From assembly GCA_963793105.1 (NCBI GenBank), contig CAWBZB010000015.1, positions 6,168 to 70,167 on the forward strand: a stretch of DNA of 64,000 nt, read 5' to 3'. Position 1 is the stretch's first letter. Every line of letters starts with the position of its first letter. Positions 20,109-29,413 of this stretch are shown here, in pieces. Position numbers and translations under genes: made by a program. This DNA comes from an uncultured bacterium. GTDB lineage: Bacteria > Actinomycetota > Actinomycetes > S36-B12. Below the pieces are notes generated by a model. The model made no database searches. It was not told the DNA's origin and worked only from the letters and a program-made list of their open reading frames with translations.

Positions 20109-20918
20109 ATGCCCGAGGGAAACGTCGTCCACCACCAGGCTCGGCGCCTCGGCCGGGCGTTCAGCCGACGACCGGCGATGGTCGACAGCCCGCAGGGCCG
20201 GTTCGCCGATGGTGCCGCCCAGGTGTCGGGTCGCACCCTGCGCAGGGTCGAGGCGCACGGCAAGCACCTGTTCCTCGGCTTCGACAACCGGCTGTGGGTG
20301 CACGTGCACCTCGGGCTCTTCGGCAAGTGGCGGATCGGACGGGGCGAGGCACCGGAGCCGGTCGGCCAGGTGCGCATGCGCGTGCGCTCGGACACGGCGT
20401 ACGCCGAGCTGCGCGGGCCGACGGTGTGCGAGGTGCTCGATGACGACGCCAAGCGCGCTGCCGTCCGGCGGATCGGGCCGGATCCCATCCGCAAGGACGC
20501 CGATCCGGAGCGTGCCTGGTTGCGCGTGAGCCGCAGTTCCGCCCCGATCGGCGGCCTGCTCATGGACCAGGCGGTGTTCGCCGGCGTCGGCAACATCTAC
20601 CGGGCCGAAGTGCTGTTCCGGCACGGCATCTCGCCGTACCGGGAGGGCCGGCGGGTAACTCAGGACGAGTTCGACGCGATGTGGAGCGACCTCGTCGTGC
20701 TCATGACGGCCGGCACGAAGCGCGGTCGCATCGACACCGTGCGCGACGAGCACCTTCCGGAAGCGATGGGCCGGGAGCCGCGGGAGGACCGGCACGGGGG
20801 AGAGGTGTACGTCTACCGGCGTGATGGCCGCGCGTGCTACGTGTGCGACAGCGAGGTGCTCGTCGCGGATCTGCAGGGCCGCAAGCTGTACTGGTGCCCG
20901 TCGTGCCAGCGGGCGTGA
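20109..20918 (+). CDS. nei: Fpg/Nei-family DNA glycosylase (endonuclease VIII-like)
   Basis: ORF 20091..20918 from MPEGNVVH. H2TH region GVGNIYRAEVLF. C-terminal zinc finger CYVC...CPSCQ. Confidence 0.85.
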   Translation: MPEGNVVHHQARRLGRAFSRRPAMVDSPQGRFADGAAQVSGRTLRRVEAHGKHLFLGFDNRLWVHVHLGLFGKWRIGRGEAPEPVGQVRMRVRSDTAYAELRGPTVCEVLDDDAKRAAVRRIGPDPIRKDADPERAWLRVSRSSAPIGGLLMDQAVFAGVGNIYRAEVLFRHGISPYREGRRVTQDEFDAMWSDLVVLMTAGTKRGRIDTVRDEHLPEAMGREPREDRHGGEVYVYRRDGRACYVCDSEVLVADLQGRKLYWCPSCQRA

Positions 20919-20942
20919 GACCCGCTCAGGCGTGGGCGCCGG

Positions 20943-21635
20943 TCAACCGAGGGAGCCGGTCTCCGGGGCGTGGACCCGGGGATGGCGGATCCCGAGGTGG
21001 TCCGGTGGCAGCGATCGCTTGATCAGCGCCCACGAGACGGCGATGGTGACGATGGTGAGGCCGTAGAAGAACGCTCCCGACGCGGCCAGCGCCCACAGCT
21101 GGTTGCCGTCGATGAAGAAGATCAGCAGCACGGTTCGCACGAGGTTGAGCACGGCCCAGGGCCACGAGGCCCGCGTGTAGGCGCGCAGGAGATCGGGGTC
21201 GGTGCGCCACGTCATGCGGGTGCCGACGAGCGGTCCGAGGATCACGCCGATGAGCGGCCAGCCGATCAGGTTGGCGACGACGAAGGCGAGGGCCGACGCC
21301 GCGTTGAGCAGGACGCGCGGCCAGAAGAAGTCTGCGGCGCTGCCGGTCCGGCTGGCGATGTAGCCGCTGACCAGGACGAGCAGCATCGACCCGAGCGCCC
21401 GGGCCGGGTGCTTTCCCTCGACGAGGCGCCAGACGGTGAAGACCAGGGCGAGGGCCACGGCCGAGCCGATCGCCCAGGTGAGGGCCTGCGTCGACTCCCC
21501 GCCCAGTCCGAGGTAGACGGTGATGAATACCAGGGGCGGCAGGATGCTCTCGAGGGCTCCGCGCACGCCACCGAGCAGGGTGAGGAAGGGATGCGGGCGC
21601 GGCCGACCCGCGATCCTCTGCCGGCGGATGCGCAC
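20943..21635 (-). CDS. DUF3159-like integral membrane protein (start approximate)
   Basis: C-terminal roughly 230 codons of ORF 20943..21965. Multiple TM helices. A GTG start was chosen to avoid the divergent methyltransferase. Confidence 0.6.
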   Translation of the reverse strand: MRIRRQRIAGRPRPHPFLTLLGGVRGALESILPPLVFITVYLGLGGESTQALTWAIGSAVALALVFTVWRLVEGKHPARALGSMLLVLVSGYIASRTGSAADFFWPRVLLNAASALAFVVANLIGWPLIGVILGPLVGTRMTWRTDPDLLRAYTRASWPWAVLNLVRTVLLIFFIDGNQLWALAASGAFFYGLTIVTIAVSWALIKRSLPPDHLGIRHPRVHAPETGSLG

Positions 21636-21687
21636 CGGCCTCGTCCGTACGAGACACGCGACCACGGTAGCGGCTACCGTCGGGACC

Positions 21688-22515
21688 GTGACCGACGCCC
21701 AAGCCCCGAATGCGGAGTCCGCGGAGGCGCTGCTCGCGCGCTGGCGCGACGATCTCGCGTCGTGGGCGATTCCCGACGAGATCCTCGCACAGGCTCCCGA
21801 GCAGCCGTGGATCCACCCGGTCTCGATGTTCACCGTGGATGACGAGATCCCGGACTCGCATTCGCACCGGATCGCCCGCGAGGCCCTCCCGCCGGACGGC
21901 AGCGTGCTGGACGTCGGCAGCGGCGGCGGTCGCGCGTCGATGGCCCTGGTCCCGCCGGCCGGCATGGTCGTCGCGGTGGACCATCAGCAGGGCATGCTCG
22001 ACGCCCTGGCGGATGCCGCCATGCGTCGCGGCGTGCGGTCGCACGAGTTCCTCGGCGACTGGCCGGCCGTCGCCGACGCCGTTCCGGAGTGCGACGTGGT
22101 TGTCTGCCACCACGTCGCCTACAACGTCGCCGATATCGGGCCGTTCCTGGTCGCCCTGGACCGGCATGCGCGGGTGCGAGTCGTCCTGGAACTGCCGCAG
22201 CATCACCCGCTGTCGAACATGAACCCGCTGTGGAAGCAGTTCTGGAACCTCGACCGGCCGACGCGGCCCACGGCACAGGACCTCGCGGCCATCGCGCGGG
22301 CCCTGGGGTTCGACGCGCACCTGGACGAGTGGGAGGACGAGACCTGGGGACGTCGGGTCACCCTCCCCGATGACGAGCGGGTGCGGTTCGCGCGCATCCG
22401 GCTGTGCCTCACCGAGGACCGGGACGCCGAGGTGGCCGCTGCCCTGATCGCGATGTCGGACGCCCAGCCGCGCGCGGTCGCCACGGTCTGGTGGGACGTC
22501 GCCGGAGAGCGCTGA
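21688..22515 (+). CDS. class I SAM-dependent methyltransferase (start approximate)
   Basis: ORF 21520..22515. VLDVGSGGG motif. Confidence 0.7.
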   Translation: MTDAQAPNAESAEALLARWRDDLASWAIPDEILAQAPEQPWIHPVSMFTVDDEIPDSHSHRIAREALPPDGSVLDVGSGGGRASMALVPPAGMVVAVDHQQGMLDALADAAMRRGVRSHEFLGDWPAVADAVPECDVVVCHHVAYNVADIGPFLVALDRHARVRVVLELPQHHPLSNMNPLWKQFWNLDRPTRPTAQDLAAIARALGFDAHLDEWEDETWGRRVTLPDDERVRFARIRLCLTEDRDAEVAAALIAMSDAQPRAVATVWWDVAGER

Positions 22516-22532
22516 CGGGGTTAGATGGAGTC

Positions 22533-23747
22533 GTGACCTACGACGTCGATCGCATCCGCGCCCGCATTCCCGCCCTCGCCGATGGCACGGCGTACTTCGA
22601 CGGACCGGGCGGCACGCAGACGCCCGACGTCGTCGCCGACGCCATCGCGGACGCGCTGAAGTCCGGGTTGTCGAACCGGGGGCGGATCACCCAGGCGGAG
22701 CGCAACGCCGACGGCATCACCGTCGGGGCCCGGATGGCCGGCGCCGACCTGGTCAACGCGGACCCGTCGGGCATCGTGTTCGGGCGCAGCATGACCGAGC
22801 TGACCTTCCAGGTGGCCCGGACGCTGGCGCAGGAGTGGGGCCCGGGCGACGAGGTCGTGGTCAGTCGCCTGGACCACGACGCCAACGTGCGACCGTGGGT
22901 GACCTACGCCGAACGCACCGGCGCCACGCTGCGCTGGGCCGAGTTCGACCCGCGGACGGGCGCGATGACGGCCGACGACGTGCTCTCGCTGGTGAACGAC
23001 TCCACCCGGGTGGTCGCGGTGACGGGGGCGTCCAACCTCCTCGGCACGCGGCCCGACATCGCGGCGATCGGTGCGGCGCTGGTCGACGCCGACACCCTGC
23101 TGTACGTCGACGGGGTGCACCTGACGGCTCATGCGCCGATCGACATGCAGGCCCTCGGTGCCGACTTCTACGTCTGCAGTCCGTACAAGTTCCTCGGGCC
23201 GCACCTGGGGATGCTGGCGGCGTCGCCGGCCCTGCTCGAGACGCTGCACCCGGACAAGCTGCGCCCCAGCACCGACGAGGTCCCGGAGCGGTTCGAGCTC
23301 GGCACCCTTCCGTACGAGCTGCTGGCCGGGGTGACGGTCGCCGTCGACGTGCTCGCGGACCTCGTCCCTGGCGACGAGGAGGAGCTGACCCGACGCGACC
23401 GCATCGTGCGGTCGATGACCGCGCTGGAGGAGTACGAGGACGGCCTGGCGGCTCGGATGCGGCAGGGGCTGACCGCGATCCCCGGGGTGCACCTGCACGG
23501 GCACGCTCCGCTGCGCACCCCGACCGAGCTGTTCTCCGTCGACGGCGTCGAGGCGGACGACGTCTACCGCGGGCTCGCCGATCGTGGAGTCAATGCCCCG
23601 GCCGGGTCGTTCTACGCGATCGAGCCGTCCGAGTGGATCGGGCTGGGGGCCAAGGGGGCCGTGCGGGCTGGGCTGTCGCCGTACACGAACGCCGCGGACG
23701 TGGACCGGCTGATCGCGGGCGTGGCCGAGATCGCCGCGCGCGCCTAG
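22533..23747 (+). CDS. aminotransferase class V / cysteine-desulfurase-like PLP enzyme
   Basis: ORF 22404..23747 from GTG 22533. SPYKFLGPH contains the PLP lysine and the protein has a class V fold layout. Confidence 0.8.
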   Translation: MTYDVDRIRARIPALADGTAYFDGPGGTQTPDVVADAIADALKSGLSNRGRITQAERNADGITVGARMAGADLVNADPSGIVFGRSMTELTFQVARTLAQEWGPGDEVVVSRLDHDANVRPWVTYAERTGATLRWAEFDPRTGAMTADDVLSLVNDSTRVVAVTGASNLLGTRPDIAAIGAALVDADTLLYVDGVHLTAHAPIDMQALGADFYVCSPYKFLGPHLGMLAASPALLETLHPDKLRPSTDEVPERFELGTLPYELLAGVTVAVDVLADLVPGDEEELTRRDRIVRSMTALEEYEDGLAARMRQGLTAIPGVHLHGHAPLRTPTELFSVDGVEADDVYRGLADRGVNAPAGSFYAIEPSEWIGLGAKGAVRAGLSPYTNAADVDRLIAGVAEIAARA

Positions 23748-24439
23748 TTCCCCATCGATGGGTCGTCACTTGTGGCGGGTTCCGGCGTCGCCGAAGTGCC
23801 CACAAGTGACGAGGCATCGAGCTGTTCGGCGGACCAGGCGCCGTGCTCCCGCTCCGCCCAGCTCACCGGGACCGACCCGGTGCGCATGCCCTGACGTGCC
23901 GTGGCGTCGCTGAACGCCATGTAGATGTGCCCGAGGACCACGACGATCAGGGCGAACGAGAGCCAGTCGTGGACGAAGGTCGCGCCGGTGCGCAGCGCAT
24001 CCGGGAACAGGCTGCTGAAGAACATCATCGTGCCCGTCCCGAACATGACGATGATGGCGCCGAGCGTGAACGACGCGTTGAGCTTCTGGCCCGCGTTGAA
24101 CTTGCCCACCGGGATGCGTCCCGATCGCCGGTCACGGCTGCGCAGCCACTCCCAGTCGGTGGGCCGGAAGCGATTCAGCCGGCCCGCGTCGTCGCGGAAG
24201 GCCCGGGAGAGCACGGCCAGGAGCAGCGGGATCGGCAGCGCGAAGCCGGCGATCTCGTGGATCGTGCGCACGATCTGTCGGTTGCCGACCAGTCCGCCGA
24301 GGTCCGGGATGAACAGCAGCGCCGCCGTCACCATGAGCACGGCCATGAGGATCCCGAGAGTGCGGTGCACCCACCGTTCGCCGGTGCTGAAGCGCGTCAG
24401 TGTCGTGGGGGTGCCTGCCGGGTCAGAAGACTGGCTCAT
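23744..24439 (-). CDS. cytochrome b-type membrane subunit (partner of the Moco oxidoreductase)
   Basis: ORF 23744..24460. Four TM helices with conserved His residues. Overlaps the stop of the upstream Moco enzyme. Confidence 0.65.
   Translation of the reverse strand: MSQSSDPAGTPTTLTRFSTGERWVHRTLGILMAVLMVTAALLFIPDLGGLVGNRQIVRTIHEIAGFALPIPLLLAVLSRAFRDDAGRLNRFRPTDWEWLRSRDRRSGRIPVGKFNAGQKLNASFTLGAIIVMFGTGTMMFFSSLFPDALRTGATFVHDWLSFALIVVVLGHIYMAFSDATARQGMRTGSVPVSWAEREHGAWSAEQLDASSLVGTSATPEPATSDDPSMGN
23765..23810. repeat. 11-bp-stem hairpin at a convergent gene junction (REP-related or bidirectional terminator)
   Basis: GTCACTTGTGG (23765-23775) pairs perfectly with CCACAAGTGAC (23800-23810). The arm resembles the CCACTTGTTGC core of the repeat family. 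Confidence 0.5.
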
Positions 24440-25136
24440 CGCTGCGTCCGTTCGAGGCACCGATCCACGCGTCCACGTCGTATCCGAGCTGCTCCCAGTA
24501 GCCGGGCTGGACGGTCCGTCCGACCTCGATGCCGTCCATCCACTTCAGCGACTTGTATCCGTACATCGGCACCACGTAGAGCCGGACGGGAGCCCCGTGC
24601 TTCTTCTCGATCGGCGCCCCGAACATCGACGTGGCGACCAGGATGTCGTCGCGCATGCCCTGCTCCATCGTCAGCGACTCGGTGTAGGCGCCGTCGAACG
24701 AGGTGAAGCGCAGCGCGGCCGCATCGGGCTCGACACCGGCCACCTCGAGCACGTCGCGCAGCAGCACGCCGGACCAGGGGACGTTCTTCACCCGCCAGCC
24801 CGTGACGCACTGGAAGTCCTTCGTGAGCCCGGTCTGCGGCAGCTCGGCAAGGTCGGCGAGGCTCAGGGAGAGCTCGTTGTCGACCAGGCCCGTGACCGAG
24901 AGGCGGTACGTCTGCGGGTCGTGGTCCGGATAGCCGGGGGTGACCGTGTAGATGCGGAACCCGCCGGCCGCGGGGATGACCCCTGCGAGCGCCGGCGCGG
25001 TGGAGGCGACCACGTCGCTGACCCCGTCCGAGATCCAGCGACCGGCCGCGACTCCGGCGACGCCGAGCCCGACCATGCCGAGGACGAGGCGCCGTCCGAC
25101 CGGGGTCCCTCGTGAGGTGGTGTCCTGCTCGTCCAT
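24423..25136 (-). CDS. molybdopterin-dependent oxidoreductase (sulfite-oxidase family)
   Basis: ORF 24423..25172 from MDEQD. Tat-like RRLVLGMVGLG signal. DFQCVTGW Moco-binding motif. Confidence 0.8.
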   Translation of the reverse strand: MDEQDTTSRGTPVGRRLVLGMVGLGVAGVAAGRWISDGVSDVVASTAPALAGVIPAAGGFRIYTVTPGYPDHDPQTYRLSVTGLVDNELSLSLADLAELPQTGLTKDFQCVTGWRVKNVPWSGVLLRDVLEVAGVEPDAAALRFTSFDGAYTESLTMEQGMRDDILVATSMFGAPIEKKHGAPVRLYVVPMYGYKSLKWMDGIEVGRTVQPGYWEQLGYDVDAWIGASNGRSDEPVF

Positions 25137-25193
25137 GTGCCCATGGGACCACGGAAAGGCAGCTCCGGCCACCGGTGAGGTCTTACGGAAGGG

Positions 25194-25751
25194 TTACCTG
25201 CTCATCTCCAGGAGCGCGGTCATCGTCGCCCAGTTGCGCGCGGTGCCGTCCGCGAGCGGGCTCGTGCGGCCCGACATGAGGGCCTTGGCGAGGTCGCTGG
25301 TGCCGAACCCGTCGGGGGTGTGGAGGTACGCGGTGCGCCCGACGATCGTCACGGTGTCGCGGGACCCCTTCGCGGCGGACGCGGCCTGGCGTGCGGCGGC
25401 CGCGGCCGCCGCATCCGATCCCGGGGCGTGCGCGAGCACGATCGCGTGCACGCGCTTCGGATCGGGCTCGTCCGGATACGGGTTGGCCCGGATGACCTCG
25501 GCGAAGGAGTCGGCCCTCAGCGCGATGGCCGGCACGTCGAGTCCGAAGTCCCGGGCGACTGCCGAACGCACCTGGGCCCCCACGACCTCGGCCTCCTCGA
25601 CCGGCGCCGACAGCACGAGGTTGCCGCTCTGGATGTAGGTCCGCACGTCCGCGAGGCCGGCCGAGGTCAGCGCGGACCGCAGGTCGGCCATCGGAAGCCG
25701 GTTGCGGCCGCCCACGTTGATGCCCCGCAGCAGCACGACGAAGGTGCCCAC
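25194..25751 (-). CDS. DUF1697 domain-containing protein
   Basis: ORF 25194..25781 from a GTG. VVLLRGINVGG N-terminal signature. Confidence 0.7.
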   Translation of the reverse strand: MGTFVVLLRGINVGGRNRLPMADLRSALTSAGLADVRTYIQSGNLVLSAPVEEAEVVGAQVRSAVARDFGLDVPAIALRADSFAEVIRANPYPDEPDPKRVHAIVLAHAPGSDAAAAAAARQAASAAKGSRDTVTIVGRTAYLHTPDGFGTSDLAKALMSGRTSPLADGTARNWATMTALLEMSR

Positions 25752-25753
25752 GC

Positions 25754-26494
25754 CTAGCCGGCCTCGCGGCGAGCGATCCACGTCGCGCGCAAGGTGGTGT
25801 CGTCCGCCGGGACGAGGGTGTACTCGTCGGTGACCGCGGACAGCCGGAACCCGGCCTCGGCGAGGGCGTCAGCGACCTGGGCATCACTGTGGAAGTACTG
25901 GCGATGCTGCTCGGTGAAGGACTGGTCCGGCGTCGCCCCGATGAGGTCGATGGTCGTGTCACAGGCGCGGGTGTCCGGGTCGATGGTGTTGCGGATGTCG
26001 AACCGATGGCCGTGGTCCTCGCCGGAGACCACCGGGTTGTCGAGGAGGAAGGCCATCATGGCGTCGGTGTGGATGTCGAACACCAGCCACCCGTCCCGTC
26101 GCACATGAGCGGCGATGGCCGCGAAGGTGAGCCGGAGGTCGGGCAGCGGCAGGTAGTTCAGCCCGTCGAAGGTGGAGATGGCGGCATCGAAGGTCCCCTC
26201 CACGTCGAGGTCCGGCAGGACCTGCTGGGACACGGGCACGCGTGGACCCAGCAGCGCCCGCGCGCGATCCAGCATCTCGGCGGAGGCGTCGACGCCGACG
26301 AGGTCGAGGCCCGCGTCAGCGAGCTCCGCGGTGAGCAGGCCGGTGCCGCAGCACACGTCCAGCACCCTGTGCACACCACGCGGGTCGTCGGCCCACAGGT
26401 CGATCAGGAACCTGGCCCACAACGGATAGCAGGGGTCCACGACGATCTCGTCGTAGACCCCTGCCAGTCGGGAATAGGGCTCGGCCATGCTCAT
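25754..26494 (-). CDS. class I SAM-dependent methyltransferase
   Basis: ORF 25754..26494. VLDVCCGTG motif. Confidence 0.8.
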   Translation of the reverse strand: MSMAEPYSRLAGVYDEIVVDPCYPLWARFLIDLWADDPRGVHRVLDVCCGTGLLTAELADAGLDLVGVDASAEMLDRARALLGPRVPVSQQVLPDLDVEGTFDAAISTFDGLNYLPLPDLRLTFAAIAAHVRRDGWLVFDIHTDAMMAFLLDNPVVSGEDHGHRFDIRNTIDPDTRACDTTIDLIGATPDQSFTEQHRQYFHSDAQVADALAEAGFRLSAVTDEYTLVPADDTTLRATWIARREAG

Positions 26495-26520
26495 GGAACC
26501 GCGCCCCGGTTGCCCGTCGT

Positions 26521-26802
26521 TCAGATGCCGAGTGCCTTGGCCTTGGCGGCCGCGAACTCCTCGTCGGAGAGGATGCCCTTGGCGTGGAGCTCGGCGAGCT
26601 GCTCGAGCTTGGCCATCGAGTCGTCCTCGGCCGGCGCGGGTGCCGCAACCGGAGCGGGTGCTGCGGCGGCCTGCTGCTGGTCGTAGGCCTCCTGCTGCTT
26701 GGCGGCGTGCTTGTCAGCCTGGCGGTAGGCGACGCGGCTGGAGACGGCGGTGGCGGTTCCGGCCACGACGGCGGTGCGGGCTGCCATGCGTACGAGTCCC
26801 AT
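26521..26802 (-). CDS. SHOCT domain-containing protein
   Basis: ORF 26521..26802. C-terminal LAELHAKGILSDEEFAAAKAKAL. Confidence 0.7.
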   Translation of the reverse strand: MGLVRMAARTAVVAGTATAVSSRVAYRQADKHAAKQQEAYDQQQAAAAPAPVAAPAPAEDDSMAKLEQLAELHAKGILSDEEFAAAKAKALGI

Positions 26803-26844
26803 GGTGGTTCCTTTCGATGGTGGCGAGTGGGGAGGGAGGAGTGG

Positions 26845-27255
26845 TCAGGCTTCGATCACCATGTTGACGACGTCGGCCGGGATGCGGATCTGGTCGATGA
26901 CCACGGCATCGGCCCGGACGAAGGCGCCGACGAGATCCTGCATCCAGGTGTTCTCATAGGCGATGAGCAGGGCGGAACTGTTGGTGGGGATGTCCTCGGC
27001 AACCTCGTCGGCATCCTCCTCGTTCAGGGCGCCCGGCTGGGAGATCTCGAGATCGACGAACGCGGCGCCCTCGGGGCCGAGGTCCTCGATGGACAGGGTG
27101 GCGACGTTGTCGTCGGCGTCCTTCAGGACGAACAGGACGTCGAGGACGCGGATGATGCCCTTGTCGACCTGCTCCAGGATCGCCGGAACGATCTCGCCGC
27201 TGAACTTGTTGCCCGGGAAGCCGATGATGTAGACGTCGACGGGACCGAGTGGCAT
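26845..27255 (-). CDS. conserved hypothetical protein (DUF6325/DUF1269-like)
   Basis: ORF 26845..27342 from MPLGPVDVYIIGFPGNKF. Paired with a SHOCT gene, as is often seen. Confidence 0.55.
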   Translation of the reverse strand: MPLGPVDVYIIGFPGNKFSGEIVPAILEQVDKGIIRVLDVLFVLKDADDNVATLSIEDLGPEGAAFVDLEISQPGALNEEDADEVAEDIPTNSSALLIAYENTWMQDLVGAFVRADAVVIDQIRIPADVVNMVIEA

Positions 27256-27500
27256 GTTTCCTCCTTGTAGGGGCGACGGAATGGGTCGCGGTCGTCCGCG
27301 GGGCCACCGTCTCGCTCGCAGATTATCAGCGCCGTCCGGCATCCGCGCGTCCGCACGTGTGCCGGCTGCCTGGCAGGCATGAGCCTCCTCGACGTCCCCT
27401 CGCCCGAACGTGCGTCGCCGGTCGTGCGGTCGGTGCGCGCGTAAGCGGTTCGTAACGTCGGCAGGCCCTCAGGATCGTCCGGCAGGCCCATAGTGGTCGC

Positions 27501-28838
27501 GTGCTCACCCTCGTCGTCATCGGGCTCCTGTCCGGGGTCGTGACCGGGCTGTCGCCCTGCGTCCTGCCGGTGCTGCCGGGCGTCCTGGCCACGTCCGCGC
27601 TGCCGGCGGACCGATCGGGTGGCCAGGCTGCGCCGGACCGCCGGCGACCGTTCGTCATCGTCGCCGGGCTGGTCACGTCCTTCGCCGCCCTCACGCTCCT
27701 GGGCGGCGCCCTGCTGTCCGCGCTCGACCTCCCCGCCGACCTGTTGCGCAACCTTGGCATCGCGGTCCTGCTGGTCGTCGGCGTCGGCCTGCTCGTGCCG
27801 GCCGCGGGCCGTCTCCTCGAGCGACCGTTCGCCCGGTTCAGCCGGGTGTCCCCTCGGCGCGACGGCTCGGCCTTCGTCTTCGGCGCCACCTTCGGGCTGG
27901 TGTTCGTGCCCTGTGCCGGGCCCGTGCTGGCAGCGATCACCGTCCTGGGTGCCGCCAACGACATCCGATTCGGACTGGTCGTGCTGACGATCGCGTTCTC
28001 GATCGGCGTCGCCGTCCCCCTCCTGCTCATCGCCGTCGCGGGCCAGCGGATGACGGAACGGGTAGCGGCGGTCCGCCGCCACCTGCCGCTCCTGCGTCGG
28101 GCGGCCGGCGGCGTCCTCGTCGCGACGGCCCTGGCCATCACCTTCGGAGTCGCGGACCAGGCCCAGCGGCTGGTCCCGGACTACGTGGCGTCCGTGCAGA
28201 AGGCCATCGAGGACAGCGACGGCGCCCGGGCCGCCCTCGCGGACCTCACCGCGAGCGGCCCCACTCCGGCGCCCCCGGTCATCGAGGTCACTCCCGTCGA
28301 CGAGCTCGGCCCGGAGCTGTCGTTCAACGAGTGCGAGGAGAACCCGGCCCGCCTGGCGAACTGCGGCCAGGCCCGCCCGTTCGTCGGGATCCAGGAGTGG
28401 CTGAACACTCCGGGCAACGCGCCGCTGACCCTCGACGGACTGCGGGGCAACGTCGTCCTGGTCGACTTCTGGACGTTCGGCTGCATCAACTGCCAGCGGA
28501 CCCTTCCGTACCTGACCGCCTGGGACGCCGAGTACCGGGATGACGGCCTCGTGATCGTCGGCGTGCACTCTCCGGAGTTCGCCCATGAGAAGGAGGTGGG
28601 CAACGTGATCGAGAGGTCGGCCGAGCTGGGCGTGAAGTACCCGATCGCCATCGACAACGACTTCCGGACCTGGCGGGAGTACGACCAGCGCTACTGGCCC
28701 GCTCAGTACCTGATCGACCGGAACGGCGTCGTCCGCCAGGTCCACTACGGCGAGGGTGCCTACGAGGAGACCGAGGCGCTGATCCAGCGGCTGCTCACGC
28801 AGGTGCCCGCCGCCGCGTCCGCCGCCTCGACGTCCTGA
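27501..28838 (+). CDS. dipZ: cytochrome c biogenesis protein DipZ (CcdA-like membrane domain fused to a thioredoxin-like domain)
   Basis: ORF 27501..28838. N-terminal multi-TM domain with conserved Cys. C-terminal WTFGCINC redox motif. Confidence 0.85.
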   Translation: MLTLVVIGLLSGVVTGLSPCVLPVLPGVLATSALPADRSGGQAAPDRRRPFVIVAGLVTSFAALTLLGGALLSALDLPADLLRNLGIAVLLVVGVGLLVPAAGRLLERPFARFSRVSPRRDGSAFVFGATFGLVFVPCAGPVLAAITVLGAANDIRFGLVVLTIAFSIGVAVPLLLIAVAGQRMTERVAAVRRHLPLLRRAAGGVLVATALAITFGVADQAQRLVPDYVASVQKAIEDSDGARAALADLTASGPTPAPPVIEVTPVDELGPELSFNECEENPARLANCGQARPFVGIQEWLNTPGNAPLTLDGLRGNVVLVDFWTFGCINCQRTLPYLTAWDAEYRDDGLVIVGVHSPEFAHEKEVGNVIERSAELGVKYPIAIDNDFRTWREYDQRYWPAQYLIDRNGVVRQVHYGEGAYEETEALIQRLLTQVPAAASAASTS

Positions 28839-28927
28839 CGGGGGTCGTCGTCGCCGCGAGTCGGCTGGCACTCCGGTGGGATCATGGACGTGTTGCAGGA
28901 GCGCGTCCGCTCAGGGAGTGAGAGGCA

Positions 28928-29407
28928 ATGAGCAGCACACACCCGACGACCACGACGTCGCAGGCACCGCGGAAGTCCACCCCGAGCCTGGTCGGGCGCC
29001 GGGTCGGCTACGTGATCGCGATCATCGTCAATCTGGTCTTCTACTGGCTGATCAACGTGTGGCCCGGCTGGGAGGCCCTGCCCTTCCTGACGGCCGACAC
29101 CGCCGAGGTGGTGCCCTTGGTGAATGGCGCCATCGCCGTGACCGTCGTCGCCAACCTGGTCTACATCGTCGTCGACGGCACACGGGTCAAGGCCTTCGGG
29201 GAACTCGTGATCAACGCGGTCAGCATCGCCGTGACGGTGACCATCCTGGAGGTCTACCCCTTCGACTTCAGCGCCTACGCCTTCCCGTGGGACTGGCTGG
29301 TCCGGTTCATCCTCATCGTCGCCCTCGTGGGCGCCGCGATCTCCCTGCTGGTGAATCTCTTCCGGCTGGTCCGGGGACCGCGCCCCGGGGTGCCCGTGGA
29401 TGCCTGA
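28928..29407 (+). CDS. hypothetical membrane protein
   Basis: ORF 28928..29407. Four predicted TM helices and high GC3. Confidence 0.5.
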   Translation: MSSTHPTTTTSQAPRKSTPSLVGRRVGYVIAIIVNLVFYWLINVWPGWEALPFLTADTAEVVPLVNGAIAVTVVANLVYIVVDGTRVKAFGELVINAVSIAVTVTILEVYPFDFSAYAFPWDWLVRFILIVALVGAAISLLVNLFRLVRGPRPGVPVDA

Positions 29408-29413
29408 GCTGAC

